The position numbers were made by a program, and so were the translations under genes. The notes beneath the pieces are model-generated. The model saw only the letters and a program-made list of their open reading frames with translations, ran no database searches and was not told where the DNA came from. From contig CAYQVD010000002.1 of the NCBI GenBank assembly GCA_964421125.1, forward strand, positions 13,579 through 77,578: a stretch of DNA of 64,000 nt, written 5' to 3'. Origin of the DNA: an uncultured Bdellovibrionales bacterium (GTDB lineage Bacteria > Patescibacteriota > Minisyncoccia > Moranbacterales > DUUL01). Below are positions 19,632 to 31,008 of the stretch, in pieces; position 1 is the stretch's first letter, and each line of letters opens with the position of its first letter.

Positions 19632-20666
19632 TTATTCTTCTTCTTTTATTTTTTTCTTAACTTCTTTGTGAATTGTTTTATAAATTTTTGGATTTTCTTT
19701 TAAGAATTTTTTTGCAGCTTCTCTTCCTTGACCAAGTTTATCTTCATTATACTGATACCAAGATCCTGCTTTTTTAATAACCCCAACTCTTGCACCTAAA
19801 TCAAGCAAATCACCTTCCATTGATATTCCCTGATTATACATAATATCAAACTCAGCTACTTGAAAAGGAGGTGCTACTTTATTTTTAACAACTTTAACCT
19901 TAGTTCGATTTCCAATAATATTATCACCTTGTTTTATTTGAGCAGATCTTCTAATTTCAAGTCTAACAGAAGAATAAAACTTTAAAGCGTTTCCTCCAGT
20001 AGTTGTTTCTGGATTTCCAAAAACCACACCAATTTTCATTCTAATCTGGTTAATGAAAATAACCATTACATTAGTTTTTGCAATAATTGCCGTTAATTTT
20101 CGTAATGCTTGTGACATCAAACGTGCTTGAAGTCCCATATGACTTGCTCCCATCTCTCCCTCAATTTCAGCTCGTGGTGTCAAAGCTGCCACCGAATCAA
20201 TCACAATCACATCTACAGCATTAGATCTAACTAATGCTTCAACAATTTCTAACGCTTGTTCTCCTGCATCTGGCTGAGATATCAAAAGATCATCAATATT
20301 TACACCAATCTTTTTAGCATAAACTGGATCTAATGCGTGTTCAGCATCAATAAAGGCGGCAGTCCCTCCAGCTTTTTGCGCATTAGCCACTACATGCAAA
20401 GTTAAAGTGGTTTTACCTGATGATTCTGGTCCATAAACTTCAACTACTCTTCCTCTTGGAAGCCCTCCTATTCCCAAGGCTAAGTCCAAAGATGGAGCAC
20501 CGGTTGAAATAGCTGCAATATCAACTTTTTTAACCTCTCCTAGTCTCATTATAGCTCCATCCCCAAATTTTTCCTGTATTTCACTAATAACTACATCTGT
20601 TTCCTTTGGAATAACTTTGTCTTCTACTTCCTCTTCTTTTTCATCACTCTTTTTTTCTTTTGACAT
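19632..20666 (-). CDS. recA: Recombinase A
   Basis: [38 protein letters not shown]. Confidence 0.99.
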   Translation of the reverse strand: MSKEKKSDEKEEEVEDKVIPKETDVVISEIQEKFGDGAIMRLGEVKKVDIAAISTGAPSLDLALGIGGLPRGRVVEVYGPESSGKTTLTLHVVANAQKAGGTAAFIDAEHALDPVYAKKIGVNIDDLLISQPDAGEQALEIVEALVRSNAVDVIVIDSVAALTPRAEIEGEMGASHMGLQARLMSQALRKLTAIIAKTNVMVIFINQIRMKIGVVFGNPETTTGGNALKFYSSVRLEIRRSAQIKQGDNIIGNRTKVKVVKNKVAPPFQVAEFDIMYNQGISMEGDLLDLGARVGVIKKAGSWYQYNEDKLGQGREAAKKFLKENPKIYKTIHKEVKKKIKEEE

Positions 20667-20688
20667 TTTTTTAAAATTATTTAAATAT

Positions 20689-21675
20689 TTAAATCTGTGT
20701 ATTTTTACTAAATATCACATCTCGAAGCACTCCCGACTCATCGCCAAGCTCTCCAATGTCTTGCTCGTTAAATTTAATAAAGGTTTTATTAGCTCTTCCG
20801 GAAGTAACTGATATCCTATCTTTTGCTTCAAAAATTTGAATTGATCCAGGAAGCATTGTTCCACTTTGAACGTCTGTATCATCAATTTTGACAGAAACCC
20901 AAACAGGAAATTCTTCCACTTTAATCTCAATTTTAACTTTTTCATCCTGTTCTCCCATGATTTTATCCCGATGATCTTCGTCTCCTTCAGCAATTTGAAT
21001 ATCATAATGAGCAGAAACATTAAAAACTTTTTCTATTTCTTTATCAAAACGATTAATTGATTTAATTACAATATTGTTCATTCCATTTTGTAATCCCAAA
21101 TTCTCCTGAAATTCCCCTTTCTCATTCACAAAAACTGGCTGACCATTAATAAAAACTTTATTATCCTTATCAGTTATTCCAATTACGTTTAAAGTCCCTT
21201 TATCAATTAACAAATCTCCAGTTGGTTGCATAACAATTAAACGAGGATCCTGAGAGAAGTTACCAATTTCTTTATAAAAATAAAAAAAACCTCCAAAAAT
21301 AATTAAAACGATAAAAACTGTTGTAAAAAAACGAGGAGTGACTGTAATATTAGGAAAATTAAATTTCTTTTTTAGCCTAGAATTAACTCGAAATTTTTTC
21401 ATATTATCTTTTATTCCACACTCTTTTTTATATTGTTGAAGAACTTCTTTATTATCTACGCCTAAATATCTAGCATAACTCTTTAGAAATCCCTGGACAT
21501 AGACATCTGGTGGAAGATCATCAAAACTTCCTTCTTCAATTTTTTCTAAATAAACTTGTTTAATTTTAGTAGCTTTTGCAATTTCAGCAAGAGAAATTCT
21601 CATATCCTCTCGGATACGTTTCAATTTTTCTCCTAATGTATATGAATTTATTTTTTTCTTAGAAAAGCCTACCAT
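20689..21675 (-). CDS. RodZ-like HTH + TM + Ig-like + DUF4115 protein
   Basis: [32 protein letters not shown]_25, single TM, C-terminal WVSVKID. Confidence 0.8.
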   Translation of the reverse strand: MVGFSKKKINSYTLGEKLKRIREDMRISLAEIAKATKIKQVYLEKIEEGSFDDLPPDVYVQGFLKSYARYLGVDNKEVLQQYKKECGIKDNMKKFRVNSRLKKKFNFPNITVTPRFFTTVFIVLIIFGGFFYFYKEIGNFSQDPRLIVMQPTGDLLIDKGTLNVIGITDKDNKVFINGQPVFVNEKGEFQENLGLQNGMNNIVIKSINRFDKEIEKVFNVSAHYDIQIAEGDEDHRDKIMGEQDEKVKIEIKVEEFPVWVSVKIDDTDVQSGTMLPGSIQIFEAKDRISVTSGRANKTFIKFNEQDIGELGDESGVLRDVIFSKNTQI

Positions 21676-21860
21676 TCTTTATTTTAAAATTACATTTATT
21701 TTTATTCAAAACTGATCTTTTATTTAAAATCAGCCTACCCTACATACAGAATACACTAAAAAAAACCCATTGTAAAATCTTATTCAAATCCTCATTCTCT
21801 TATCTAATGAAAGAAGTTTTCCTATATAATATTCAATCGTTGATAATTAAAAAATATTTT

Positions 21861-21892
21861 AAAAACAGCCCTGAAAAATCAAGGCTGTTTTT
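21861..21892 (-). terminator. Intrinsic terminator of the str/tuf operon
   Basis: aaaaacagcc-ctgaaaaatcaa-ggctgttttt. Confidence 0.75.
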
Positions 21893-21910
21893 GGAATATA
21901 TTGAAAAGAT

Positions 21911-23104
21911 TTATTTAATAATCTTTGTCACAACTCCTGCACCAACAGTTTTTCCACCTTCTCGAATCGCAAATCGCATTCCATCTTCCATGGCAACTGG
22001 GGCAACCAATTTAACAATTAAGTTAACTGTATCACCAGGCATAACCATTTCAGTTCCTTCTGGCAAAGCAACATCTCCTGTTACATCAGTAGTTCGAATA
22101 TAAAATTGTGGTTTGTAACCTTTGAAGAAAGGAGTATGTCGTCCACCCTCTTCTTTAGTTAAAATATAAACTTCTGTCTCAAATTCAGTGTGAGGAGTAA
22201 TACTTCCTGGTTTAGCCAAAACTTGACCTCGCTCAACGTCTTCCTTTTTAACTCCTCGAATAAGAATTCCAGCATTATCCCCAGCTTGTCCCTTGTCAAG
22301 AGATTTATTAAACATCTCAACACCAGTAACAACTGTTTTTACTGTATCCTTTAAACCAACAATTTCAACTTCTTCATTAATATTAACTTCGCCTCTTTCG
22401 ATTCGTCCTGTAACAACAGTTCCTCGTCCTTCAATTGAGAAAATGTCTTCAATAGGCATAAGAAGGGGTTTGTCAATTTCACGAACTGGATCAGGAATTT
22501 TTTCATCCAAAGCTTTTGCAAGTTCCAAAATTGGAGCTGCTGAATCATCACCAGCATCTTTTGCTTCAAGAGCTTTTAAGGCTGAACCTCGAATAATCGT
22601 AGCATTCTCTCCATCAAATTCATACTTTGTTAGAAGTTCTCGAACTTCTTCTTCAACTAAATCAATCAAATCAGTATCATCAACCATATCAACCTTATTC
22701 AAAAAAACAACAATTTGAGGAACACCAACCTGTCTTGCAAGAAGAATATGCTCTCTTGTTTGTGGCATTGGTCCATCAGTTGCAGAAACAACAAGCACAG
22801 CACCGTCCATTTGAGCAGCACCAGTAATCATGTTCTTAATGTAATCAGCATGACCAGGACAATCAACATGAGCATAATGACGGTTATCTGTTTCATATTC
22901 AACGTGTGCAGTTGCAATTGTAATTCCTCGTTCTTTTTCCTCTGGAGCCTTATCAATTTCATCAATTTTCTTCGCTGTTACTTTTTGACCTGCTAACCCT
23001 AAAACATGCAAAATTGCAGCTGTTAGAGTAGTTTTCCCATGGTCAACGTGTCCGATTGTTCCAACGTTAACATGAGGCTTACTTCTGTCAAATACTTCTG
23101 TCAT
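21911..23104 (-). CDS. tuf: Elongation factor Tu
   Basis: [28 protein letters not shown]. Confidence 0.99.
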   Translation of the reverse strand: MTEVFDRSKPHVNVGTIGHVDHGKTTLTAAILHVLGLAGQKVTAKKIDEIDKAPEEKERGITIATAHVEYETDNRHYAHVDCPGHADYIKNMITGAAQMDGAVLVVSATDGPMPQTREHILLARQVGVPQIVVFLNKVDMVDDTDLIDLVEEEVRELLTKYEFDGENATIIRGSALKALEAKDAGDDSAAPILELAKALDEKIPDPVREIDKPLLMPIEDIFSIEGRGTVVTGRIERGEVNINEEVEIVGLKDTVKTVVTGVEMFNKSLDKGQAGDNAGILIRGVKKEDVERGQVLAKPGSITPHTEFETEVYILTKEEGGRHTPFFKGYKPQFYIRTTDVTGDVALPEGTEMVMPGDTVNLIVKLVAPVAMEDGMRFAIREGGKTVGAGVVTKIIK

Positions 23105-23267
23105 AGTTCTTTTTTTATTGGGTTAATGGATTAGCCACCATTAAAACAATTAATTAACTTTTTATAAATTATATATTATTAAAAAAATAATAACTTACTT
23201 ACAACATTGAAAACAAAAAATCAGAATCGTTAGAATAGGATTTTTGCCGTCCCCTTTTTAAAGAAGC

Positions 23268-23618
23268 TTAAATTTTTTCATAATTTAATTCTTCTTCTTT
23301 TTGCTTATATAGAAAATCACTTTCTATTACGCTTGTCAATTCATTTTCTTGCTTTCTTTTTTTCAATTCTTCAATATCTGAGTTTATTTTATCTAAGAGT
23401 TCCTCATCTGTCAAATTCTTCTTTTCGATATCTCCGTTTTCAATAAAATCAAATTGACCCAAATCTTCATCCTTCTCAGGATAATCACCCTCACATCCTT
23501 TTTCAAGAAGATAGTCATTAATTTTCATCACAATAAAACTATCTTTAAGATTACCATCACTCAAAATTAATTTCCCACCTGATGCATTAATTAATTGTTT
23601 TATTTCACTTAAATTCAT
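23268..23618 (-). CDS. Hypothetical acidic protein between fusA and tuf
   Basis: Likely start MNLSEIK at 23618, 14 bp after the fusA stop; 116 aa. Confidence 0.7.
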   Translation of the reverse strand: MNLSEIKQLINASGGKLILSDGNLKDSFIVMKINDYLLEKGCEGDYPEKDEDLGQFDFIENGDIEKKNLTDEELLDKINSDIEELKKRKQENELTSVIESDFLYKQKEEELNYEKI

Positions 23619-23631
23619 AAATTTAAAATTA

Positions 23632-25722
23632 CTACTGAATCTCTCCACTCTTAATCTTTTCCGCAACATTCGCTGGCACCTCTGAGTAACGTTCAAACTC
23701 CATTGAATAATTTGCCCGTCCTTGAGTCATTGATCTCAATTGAGTTGCATATCCAAACAAAGATGCAAGAGGAACTTTAGCATTAATAACTTTAACAGCC
23801 GCAGAACCTTCTCCTCTATCAGTCATGTCTTCTATTTTACCTCTTTTAGCATTCAGATCTCCAACAACATCACCCATGAAATTTTCTGGAGTAGTTACTT
23901 CGACTTTCATTACTGGCTCTAGAATAATTGGAGTAGCCTTTTTAACTGCTGCCTGAAAAGCCATTGACCCAGCAATCTTAAAAGCTGCTTCAGAAGAGTC
24001 AACATCATGATAAGATCCATCATAAACAGTCGCTTTAACATCAACCATTGGATAACCAGCAATAACTCCTTTGTCGGTTGCCTCTTTAATCCCCTTTCCA
24101 ATAGATGGAATAAACTCACTTGGAATAGATCCACCCTTAATTTCATCAACAAATTCAAATCCATTTCCTTCTCCAAGTGGCTCAATTCTAACCCAACAAT
24201 GTCCATATTGACCACGTCCACCAGATTGTTTAATATATTTTCCTTCAGCCTCAGCTTGAGACTTAATCGTTTCTCGATAAGCAACTTGTGGCTTACCAAC
24301 ATTAGCTTCAACACTGAATTCTCTTTTCATCCGATCAACAATAATATCCAAATGCAATTCTCCCATTCCCGAAATTAGAGTTTGATTTGTATCTTCATCA
24401 GTTCGAACTTGAAAAGTGGGATCCTCTTCAGCAAGCTTTCTTAAAGCAATTGCCATTTTTTCTTGATCAGCCTTTGTTTTTGGTTCAACTGCAATATCAA
24501 TAACTGGGTCTGGAAAATCAATATTCTCTAAAATAACTGGAGCATCTTCATCACAAAGTGTATCACCAGTTTTCGTACTTTTCATTCCAACTAAAGCTCC
24601 AATTCCGCCAGCATAAATCTCATCAATTTCTTCTCTGTGATTTGAATGCATCATAAGAATTCTTCCGATCCGCTCTTTTTTCCCATTTGTAGAATTCAAA
24701 ACATAAGATCCAGCTTTCAATATCCCAGAATAAATTCGGAAAAAAGTTAATTGACCTACATATGGATCTGTTGCAACTTTAAATGCCAAAGCTGCAAATG
24801 GAGCTTCATCGCTTGCTTCACGAACAATTTCTTTCTCTGAATCATTAATATCAACCCCTTTGATTGCTTCAACCTCAACCGGTGAAGGTAAATAATCAAC
24901 AACAGCATCTAAAACTGGTTGAACACCTTTATTTTTAAGAGCGGTTCCTGTTAAAACTGGAATCAACTTCCCGCTAAGAACTCCTATTCTAATTCCTTCT
25001 TTAATTTCATCTTCAGTAAAATCTTCTCCTCCAAGGTATTTCTCAGTTAGTTCATTACTCATTTCAGCAACCTTTTCAATCAACTTATTTCGCCATTCTT
25101 GTGCAATATCTTTCATATCCTCTGGAATATTTTTTTCCACAACAGTTTCCCCAGCTTGCCCTTCATAATTAAGAGCTTTCATTTTCACTAAATCAATAGC
25201 CCCCTGATGATCACTACTTTGACCAATCGGATATTGAATCGCTACAGCATTTGGTGTTAATCGATTCCAAATTGAAGAAAGCGCATCTTCAAAACTCGCT
25301 CCTTCTTTATCAATTTTATTAATAAAACAAATACGAGGCACTTTATACTTATCAGCTTGTCGCCAAACAGTTTCTGATTGTGGCTCAACTCCTTCTTTTC
25401 CATCGAAAATAACAACCCCTCCATCAAGAACACGAAGAGATCTTTCAACTTCCACGGTAAAATCAACATGACCTGGAGTATCAATAATATTAATTTGATG
25501 CTCTTTCCATTGACAAGTTGTTGCAGCAGAAGTAATAGTAATCCCCCTCTCTTGCTCTTGTTCCATCCAATCCATAATCGCTTCTCCTTCATGAACTTCT
25601 CCAATTTTATGAGAAATTCCAGTATAAAAAAGAATTCTCTCGGAAATAGTTGTTTTCCCAGCATCAATATGAGCAATAATACCGATATTTCGATATTTTT
25701 TAATAGGAGTTTGTCGCGCCAT
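23632..25722 (-). CDS. fusA: Elongation factor G
   Basis: [32 protein letters not shown]. Confidence 0.99.
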   Translation of the reverse strand: MARQTPIKKYRNIGIIAHIDAGKTTISERILFYTGISHKIGEVHEGEAIMDWMEQEQERGITITSAATTCQWKEHQINIIDTPGHVDFTVEVERSLRVLDGGVVIFDGKEGVEPQSETVWRQADKYKVPRICFINKIDKEGASFEDALSSIWNRLTPNAVAIQYPIGQSSDHQGAIDLVKMKALNYEGQAGETVVEKNIPEDMKDIAQEWRNKLIEKVAEMSNELTEKYLGGEDFTEDEIKEGIRIGVLSGKLIPVLTGTALKNKGVQPVLDAVVDYLPSPVEVEAIKGVDINDSEKEIVREASDEAPFAALAFKVATDPYVGQLTFFRIYSGILKAGSYVLNSTNGKKERIGRILMMHSNHREEIDEIYAGGIGALVGMKSTKTGDTLCDEDAPVILENIDFPDPVIDIAVEPKTKADQEKMAIALRKLAEEDPTFQVRTDEDTNQTLISGMGELHLDIIVDRMKREFSVEANVGKPQVAYRETIKSQAEAEGKYIKQSGGRGQYGHCWVRIEPLGEGNGFEFVDEIKGGSIPSEFIPSIGKGIKEATDKGVIAGYPMVDVKATVYDGSYHDVDSSEAAFKIAGSMAFQAAVKKATPIILEPVMKVEVTTPENFMGDVVGDLNAKRGKIEDMTDRGEGSAAVKVINAKVPLASLFGYATQLRSMTQGRANYSMEFERYSEVPANVAEKIKSGEIQ

Positions 25723-25745
25723 AACCTTTAATTATATTATATATT

Positions 25746-26213
25746 TTAAGCAAAATGAGCAAAAGCTTTATTAGCTTCAGCCATTCTATGCGTATCTTCT
25801 CTCTTTTTCATTGCAACACCCTTCTTTTGAGATGCTTCAATAAGTTCTTCTGCAAGACAATCTGCCGTTCCCTTTCCTTTTCTTGATTTTGCAGCCGCCT
25901 TAATCCAACGCATTGCAAGAGTAACTCTTCGGTCACCCATCACAGGAATAGGGACTTGATAATTTGCTCCTCCGATTCTCTTTCCTTTAAGCTCCATAAG
26001 AGGAGAAACATTTTTAAGAGCTTGCTCAAAAACATTTAAGCCACCTCTTTTTGTTCTCTCATGAATTATTTCAAAAGTTTCGCTAATGACTTTCTGAGCC
26101 TTAGATCTCTTTCCTCTTTCCATAACATAACCAACAAATCTCCCTACTAAAATAGAGTTAAATTGCGGATCTGGTCTCCAGTTTTTTTTATATACTCGTT
26201 TTTTTCTTGGCAT
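25746..26213 (-). CDS. rpsG: 30S ribosomal protein S7
   Basis: RIGGANYQVP, HRMAEANKAFAH. Confidence 0.99.
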   Translation of the reverse strand: MPRKKRVYKKNWRPDPQFNSILVGRFVGYVMERGKRSKAQKVISETFEIIHERTKRGGLNVFEQALKNVSPLMELKGKRIGGANYQVPIPVMGDRRVTLAMRWIKAAAKSRKGKGTADCLAEELIEASQKKGVAMKKREDTHRMAEANKAFAHFA

Positions 26214-26234
26214 ACTTTTCTAAATTATTCTAAA

Positions 26235-26654
26235 TTATTTTTCTTCTTTAGGTCTCTTCACTCCATATTTTGATCGTCCTTGTTTTCTATCAGAAACTCC
26301 AGCAGTATCAAGTACTCCTCTAACAACATGATAACGGACACCTGGAAGATCAGGAACTCTTCCTCCTCGAAGCATTACAATTGAATGTTCTTGAAGATTA
26401 TGTCCAATTCCAGGAATATATGCAGTAACCTCCATTCCATTAGTTAACTTTACCCTAGCAATTTTTCGCAACGCAGAGTTCGGTTTCTTTGGAGTAGTTG
26501 TTGCAACTTTAACGCAAACACCCCTCTTGAAAGGTGACGGGTAGTTAACCGGTTTATTTTTAATAGTATTAAAACCATAAGTCATAGCTGGAGACTTTGG
26601 TTTCTTCTTTGTTGATTTTCTTGATCTCTTAATTAACTGATTTATTGTAGGCAC
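26235..26654 (-). CDS. rpsL: 30S ribosomal protein S12
   Basis: [25 protein letters not shown]. Confidence 0.99.
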   Translation of the reverse strand: MPTINQLIKRSRKSTKKKPKSPAMTYGFNTIKNKPVNYPSPFKRGVCVKVATTTPKKPNSALRKIARVKLTNGMEVTAYIPGIGHNLQEHSIVMLRGGRVPDLPGVRYHVVRGVLDTAGVSDRKQGRSKYGVKRPKEEK

Positions 26655-26659
26655 AGTTT

Positions 26660-26860
26660 TTTCTATTAAAATTATTACTACTAAAAAAACAAACTAAAAG
26701 CTTGCCTTAAAACTCAAGGCTTTAAATTTCAGACTACTATTTTAAGCTTAAAGAGTTTGTTTTAAAAGTCTCTTTCGTTATGAAACTTGAAAGTTGCAAT
26801 AGAATACGGACTTTAAAAACGAACTCTTGTTAATATACAAAAACTAACACAGGATGTCAA
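26660..26860 (-). promoter_or_regulatory. rpsL promoter and structured 5' leader
   Basis: TTGACA(26860-26855)-17-TATATT(26837-26832); stem 26809-26828 pairs with 26751-26770. Confidence 0.65.
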
Positions 26861-26889
26861 CCTTTCTCATTTAATCTTCTCTGCAAATA

Positions 26890-28137
26890 TTATTTTCCCA
26901 TTTTTTTCCGAATAAAGGCCGGGATATCTAAATCATCATCTTCGGTGCTTTCCTCAAGTGGGCTCTTATCTTCTTCTAACTTTTTTATATTTTTATTTTC
27001 AGAAATCTTCTCTTCAATAATCATAGAAGGAGATTCATTAGATTTTTCTATTGAGACCTCCTTTTTACTAAATTCATTAATAACTTCTCTGTTTGAGTTT
27101 TCACTTGATACATCTCCAACAGAAACTCCTACTGATCGATTTTGCACTCTATCAAAAGTTGTCCCACCAGTCTGAAAAAGTTCTTCATCAAAACCAGTTG
27201 CAACGACTGTGATTTTAACATCACCCTTCTTAACAGATTCTTCCGTAGAAGCTCCAAAAATAATCCTTGCATTAGGATCAACTGTTTCAGTAATAATATT
27301 AGCAGCCTCATTAACCTCAAGCATTGTTAAGTCATCTCCTCCTGTAATATTAAATAAGACTCCTTTGGCTCCATCAATTGAAATATCCAGAAGTGGAGAA
27401 TTAATAGCTTGTTTGGCAGCATGAGAAGCTCGGCTTTCGCCAGAAGCAACACCAATCCCCATTAAAGCTGAACCGCTTTCTTGCATAACCGATCGAACAT
27501 CAGCAAAATCAACATTAACAATTCCAGGTTTAGTAATTAAATCTGAAATACCTTGAACTCCTTGTCGAAGAACATCATCCACAATTTTAAAGGCATTAAC
27601 GAGAGATGTGTTTCGATCAATGACTTGTAAAAGTTTATCATTTTGAATAGAAATCATAGTATCAACTCGATCCTTCAAGTTTTCAAGTGATTCTTCAGCA
27701 ACAACACTTCGCTGTCTTCCTTCAAAAGAAAATGGTCGAGTAACAACCCCAACAGTCAAAGCTCCTGCTTCCTTTGCTGCTTCAGCAACAATTGGACCAG
27801 CCCCTGAACCAGTACCTCCTCCAGCTCCATAAACCACAAAAACCATATCACAGCTCTTGAGTGATTCTTGAATTTCATCTCGATTCTCCTCAGCAGCTTG
27901 TCGCCCAAGCTCTGGATTCATCCCAGCACCAAGACCTTTAGTAAGATTTTTTCCTATATGAATTTTTTCACTTGCTTTACAGTGATGAAGATCTTGAGCA
28001 TCGGTATTAATCGCAACAAAATCAACGCCCGTTAACTTACATTCAATCATCCTAGTAATCGCATTAGAACCAGAACCACCAATTCCAACAACTTTTATTC
28101 TTGCAAAAGTTTCTACATCAGGTTTTATTTCCGCCAT
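26890..28137 (-). CDS. ftsZ: Cell division protein FtsZ
   Basis: GGGTGSG tubulin motif, VNVDFADV, C-terminal LDIPAFIRK. Confidence 0.99.
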   Translation of the reverse strand: MAEIKPDVETFARIKVVGIGGSGSNAITRMIECKLTGVDFVAINTDAQDLHHCKASEKIHIGKNLTKGLGAGMNPELGRQAAEENRDEIQESLKSCDMVFVVYGAGGGTGSGAGPIVAEAAKEAGALTVGVVTRPFSFEGRQRSVVAEESLENLKDRVDTMISIQNDKLLQVIDRNTSLVNAFKIVDDVLRQGVQGISDLITKPGIVNVDFADVRSVMQESGSALMGIGVASGESRASHAAKQAINSPLLDISIDGAKGVLFNITGGDDLTMLEVNEAANIITETVDPNARIIFGASTEESVKKGDVKITVVATGFDEELFQTGGTTFDRVQNRSVGVSVGDVSSENSNREVINEFSKKEVSIEKSNESPSMIIEEKISENKNIKKLEEDKSPLEESTEDDDLDIPAFIRKKMGK

Positions 28138-28248
28138 TGTTTTTTATTAATAAAATTACAATTATTTATTCATCTATTTTGACTATTAAAGATATCAAAT
28201 TGATATTTAAAAGTCAAGCAAAATAAAGACTATTTGAATAAAAGATTG

Positions 28249-29520
28249 TTAGAAAAACTTTCCAAACCATTTTTTTATATCATCAATAGTTTCCTTAACT
28301 GGAAAATTATTTAATACATTTTTACCTATACCACCTTTTTTGCTATCACTCTCTCCGATAAAACCAGCCATGTCATCATGTTCAAGTCCCCAGAGAATCA
28401 TTCCAATTGAAACAGAAAAAGACGGATCATCCACTTTATCAATAAGTCCAGATAATTCAATAGGAAAGCCAACTTGAGCAGGTAATTTTAAGGTTTCTTT
28501 GGCAACGTCAACTGCTCCTTGCAATTTCGCTCCTCCTCCAGTCAAAACCACACCAGCTGGCAACAGAGCAGATCTATTTATTTTCTTTAGTTCTTTTTCT
28601 ACCATCATTAAAGTCTCTTCAAATCGAGCCTCAATAATTTCAGCAACATGTTGCCTTGAGACGCTTCCTTCCTCACTAGGATCAATTTCAGAAAGATTAA
28701 CTTGTTCCTGCTTTCCAATTTCAGAAGGCAAAGATGATCCATATTCAACCTTCACTTTCTCTGCAACATCAATAGAAGTTCTTAACCCGATGGCCACATC
28801 ATTAGTAATATGACCAGCTCCAACTGGAATTACTGTTAGATGAATTAATTCTCGCTCCTCATAAACAGCTAGTGAAGTTGTTCCACCACCAATATCAATT
28901 AACGCGACACCAAGCTCTTCTTGTCTTTTGTTTAAAACAGCTCGAGCTGCAGCAAGAGGAGCAACAATAAAACCACTAATTTCTAAATCAGCATTGTATA
29001 TACATTTAGATAAATTCTTAAGATGTGGAGCAAACCCAGTGACTAAGATTCCATGCATTTCCAAGCGAACTCCATTCATACCAACTGGATCCTTAATACC
29101 CTCTTGATTATCAAGAATAAATTTCTGAGGAACAACATGAAGAATTTCCTGATTATGAGACAAACTAACTGCTTGGCTAGCTTCGACCACCCTCTCAACA
29201 TCATCCTCCGTCACTTCTCCATCTGCTCTCCCGACAGCAATTACTCCTTTTGTTTCAGTTGACTCAAGATGACTTCCTCCAACTGATACGTACACATCAT
29301 GAACAGAAACTCCTGCTAATTTTTCAGCCTTTTCGATAGAGTCCTTAATTGATTGAGTAACCTCTTCTAAATCAACAATAACACCTTTTCTCATTCCATT
29401 TGCAACCGAAACACCCATTCCAATAATTCGAGGTTTTCCCTCTGGAACTACTTGAGCAATAACAGTTCTAATGTTTGTTGAACCAATATCAAGCGCGACT
29501 ATATAATCCTGCTTAGCCAT
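28249..29520 (-). CDS. ftsA: Cell division protein FtsA
   Basis: LDIGSTNI, DIGGGTT, ITNDVA, VLTGGGA motifs; upstream of ftsZ. Confidence 0.97.
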   Translation of the reverse strand: MAKQDYIVALDIGSTNIRTVIAQVVPEGKPRIIGMGVSVANGMRKGVIVDLEEVTQSIKDSIEKAEKLAGVSVHDVYVSVGGSHLESTETKGVIAVGRADGEVTEDDVERVVEASQAVSLSHNQEILHVVPQKFILDNQEGIKDPVGMNGVRLEMHGILVTGFAPHLKNLSKCIYNADLEISGFIVAPLAAARAVLNKRQEELGVALIDIGGGTTSLAVYEERELIHLTVIPVGAGHITNDVAIGLRTSIDVAEKVKVEYGSSLPSEIGKQEQVNLSEIDPSEEGSVSRQHVAEIIEARFEETLMMVEKELKKINRSALLPAGVVLTGGGAKLQGAVDVAKETLKLPAQVGFPIELSGLIDKVDDPSFSVSIGMILWGLEHDDMAGFIGESDSKKGGIGKNVLNNFPVKETIDDIKKWFGKFF

Positions 29521-29718
29521 TTTTGTTTTATAAAATATGATTTATTATCTAATTTTTAAATTGTCTAAAAAATTTTAATGAAAAACTACCGCAAACAGCA
29601 CATAATAACTGCGGTCATTTTTCAAAGACAGAGCCACTGCGTATCCTAAATTATAAATTTATATAATTGAATAGGCTTTTATTATATTATACAACTTATT
29701 TGTTTTTTTTACAAATAT

Positions 29719-30984
29719 TTATAACCAATTCTGCCAAAGCGCAATGGACAATAAGATTAATAAGATTCCAGCAACAAGTCGCATGTACTTCCTAGAAGAT
29801 TTTCTCCAATTTTCTAGCTCATCAGTTTTCTTTTCAAAGAAAACTACAAGAATAACTATAATAAGAAGAGGTAGAATAAAGAAAAGATTATAAAGAACAA
29901 TGTGCCAAAAATATGAGGTGTCACTGTCAGCAAGAACTGAAATATAAGCAAGAGGCAAACCTGAAGTACAAGGCAACTCAACAATACCTGCTAAGATAGC
30001 TAATAATATGGCGCTTGGAACAGTTCCCTTTTTAACAAGCTTCTCGAGAGTCGGTTTTACAATTTCTGGAATCTCAAGGGAAATAAATTTTCCATAAAAG
30101 AAAAAATCTTTTATCATAATAATTCCTATTATTAAAGCCACAATAGAAATAATAATTCTAGCCAGACTAGCAATGCCAAGAAAATCAACTATTTGAATAA
30201 TCCCATACATAAATAAAAAATAAATAAGAAAGGTTGTAACTATAAACGCAATTCCAGCCTTTAAAGCTCTTTTTCGAGAACCAATCACAAGTAAATATGA
30301 AAGGACAAAAAATAACACCGAGAACATACAAGGATTTATCCCATCAGCTAAACCAAGAATTACCCCTAGAATACAAGGGGAAGAAAGATCATCTGTACAA
30401 ATTTCTCTTCCAAAAACTGTCACTACGTCATTCTTACTGTGTTTATGTTCCTGATTACTCTCATCTTTTTTAGCACCTAAGCCCAAAAATTCATCAACCA
30501 ATTCCCCACTAATTAAAACCTGAGAAACTGAAGATAAATCAAGCATATTACTAATTTTCGAATCACAAGCATTCAAAGAACATTTCTTAATAAGATTCTC
30601 GATCTTTTTTCCAATGTTTCCCTCATTATCAAAACCAACAACAACCTCCTCGCCAATAATACTCACAGGAACTCCCCCACTTAAATCATATTCATCAACA
30701 ATTTGAGTAAATATATTTCTCCCATTAAGGTCATTTACATCAAAATATTGAATTTCTAAATTAGAATATTTTTTCTCTAACTTTGGCAAAAACTCTTTTT
30801 CCTCCTTACAATGAGGACAAATTGAAGAACCAAAAAAGAAAAGACGAACTTGATAAGCTTGGTTATTATCATTTATGCTCTTATTATTATCTATTGCCAA
30901 CGCACTACTTACATAAAAAAGGCTCGCAAAAAAAATCAGCGTTACCACACTCATTAAGAATAATATCTTAAATTTATTTTTCAT
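29719..30984 (-). CDS. Thioredoxin-fold (CPHC) + CcdA/DsbD-like membrane protein
   Basis: Signal peptide, CPHC, DGINPC and ELPCTSG motifs, multiple TMs. Confidence 0.82.
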   Translation of the reverse strand: MKNKFKILFLMSVVTLIFFASLFYVSSALAIDNNKSINDNNQAYQVRLFFFGSSICPHCKEEKEFLPKLEKKYSNLEIQYFDVNDLNGRNIFTQIVDEYDLSGGVPVSIIGEEVVVGFDNEGNIGKKIENLIKKCSLNACDSKISNMLDLSSVSQVLISGELVDEFLGLGAKKDESNQEHKHSKNDVVTVFGREICTDDLSSPCILGVILGLADGINPCMFSVLFFVLSYLLVIGSRKRALKAGIAFIVTTFLIYFLFMYGIIQIVDFLGIASLARIIISIVALIIGIIMIKDFFFYGKFISLEIPEIVKPTLEKLVKKGTVPSAILLAILAGIVELPCTSGLPLAYISVLADSDTSYFWHIVLYNLFFILPLLIIVILVVFFEKKTDELENWRKSSRKYMRLVAGILLILLSIALWQNWL

Positions 30985-31008
30985 TTATTTTTCAATTAAG
31001 TATCTTTT

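Noticed and set aside
21807-25731. Plus-strand ORFs antisense to tuf and fusA (and similar shadows over ftsZ, folD, glyA and atp genes)
   Set aside because: Shadow frames of highly conserved genes; no RBS or motifs
29585-29650. Riboswitch upstream of ftsA
   Set aside because: The accgca..tgcggt hairpin plus T-run is adequately explained as the terminator of the upstream gene; no known aptamer motif recognised
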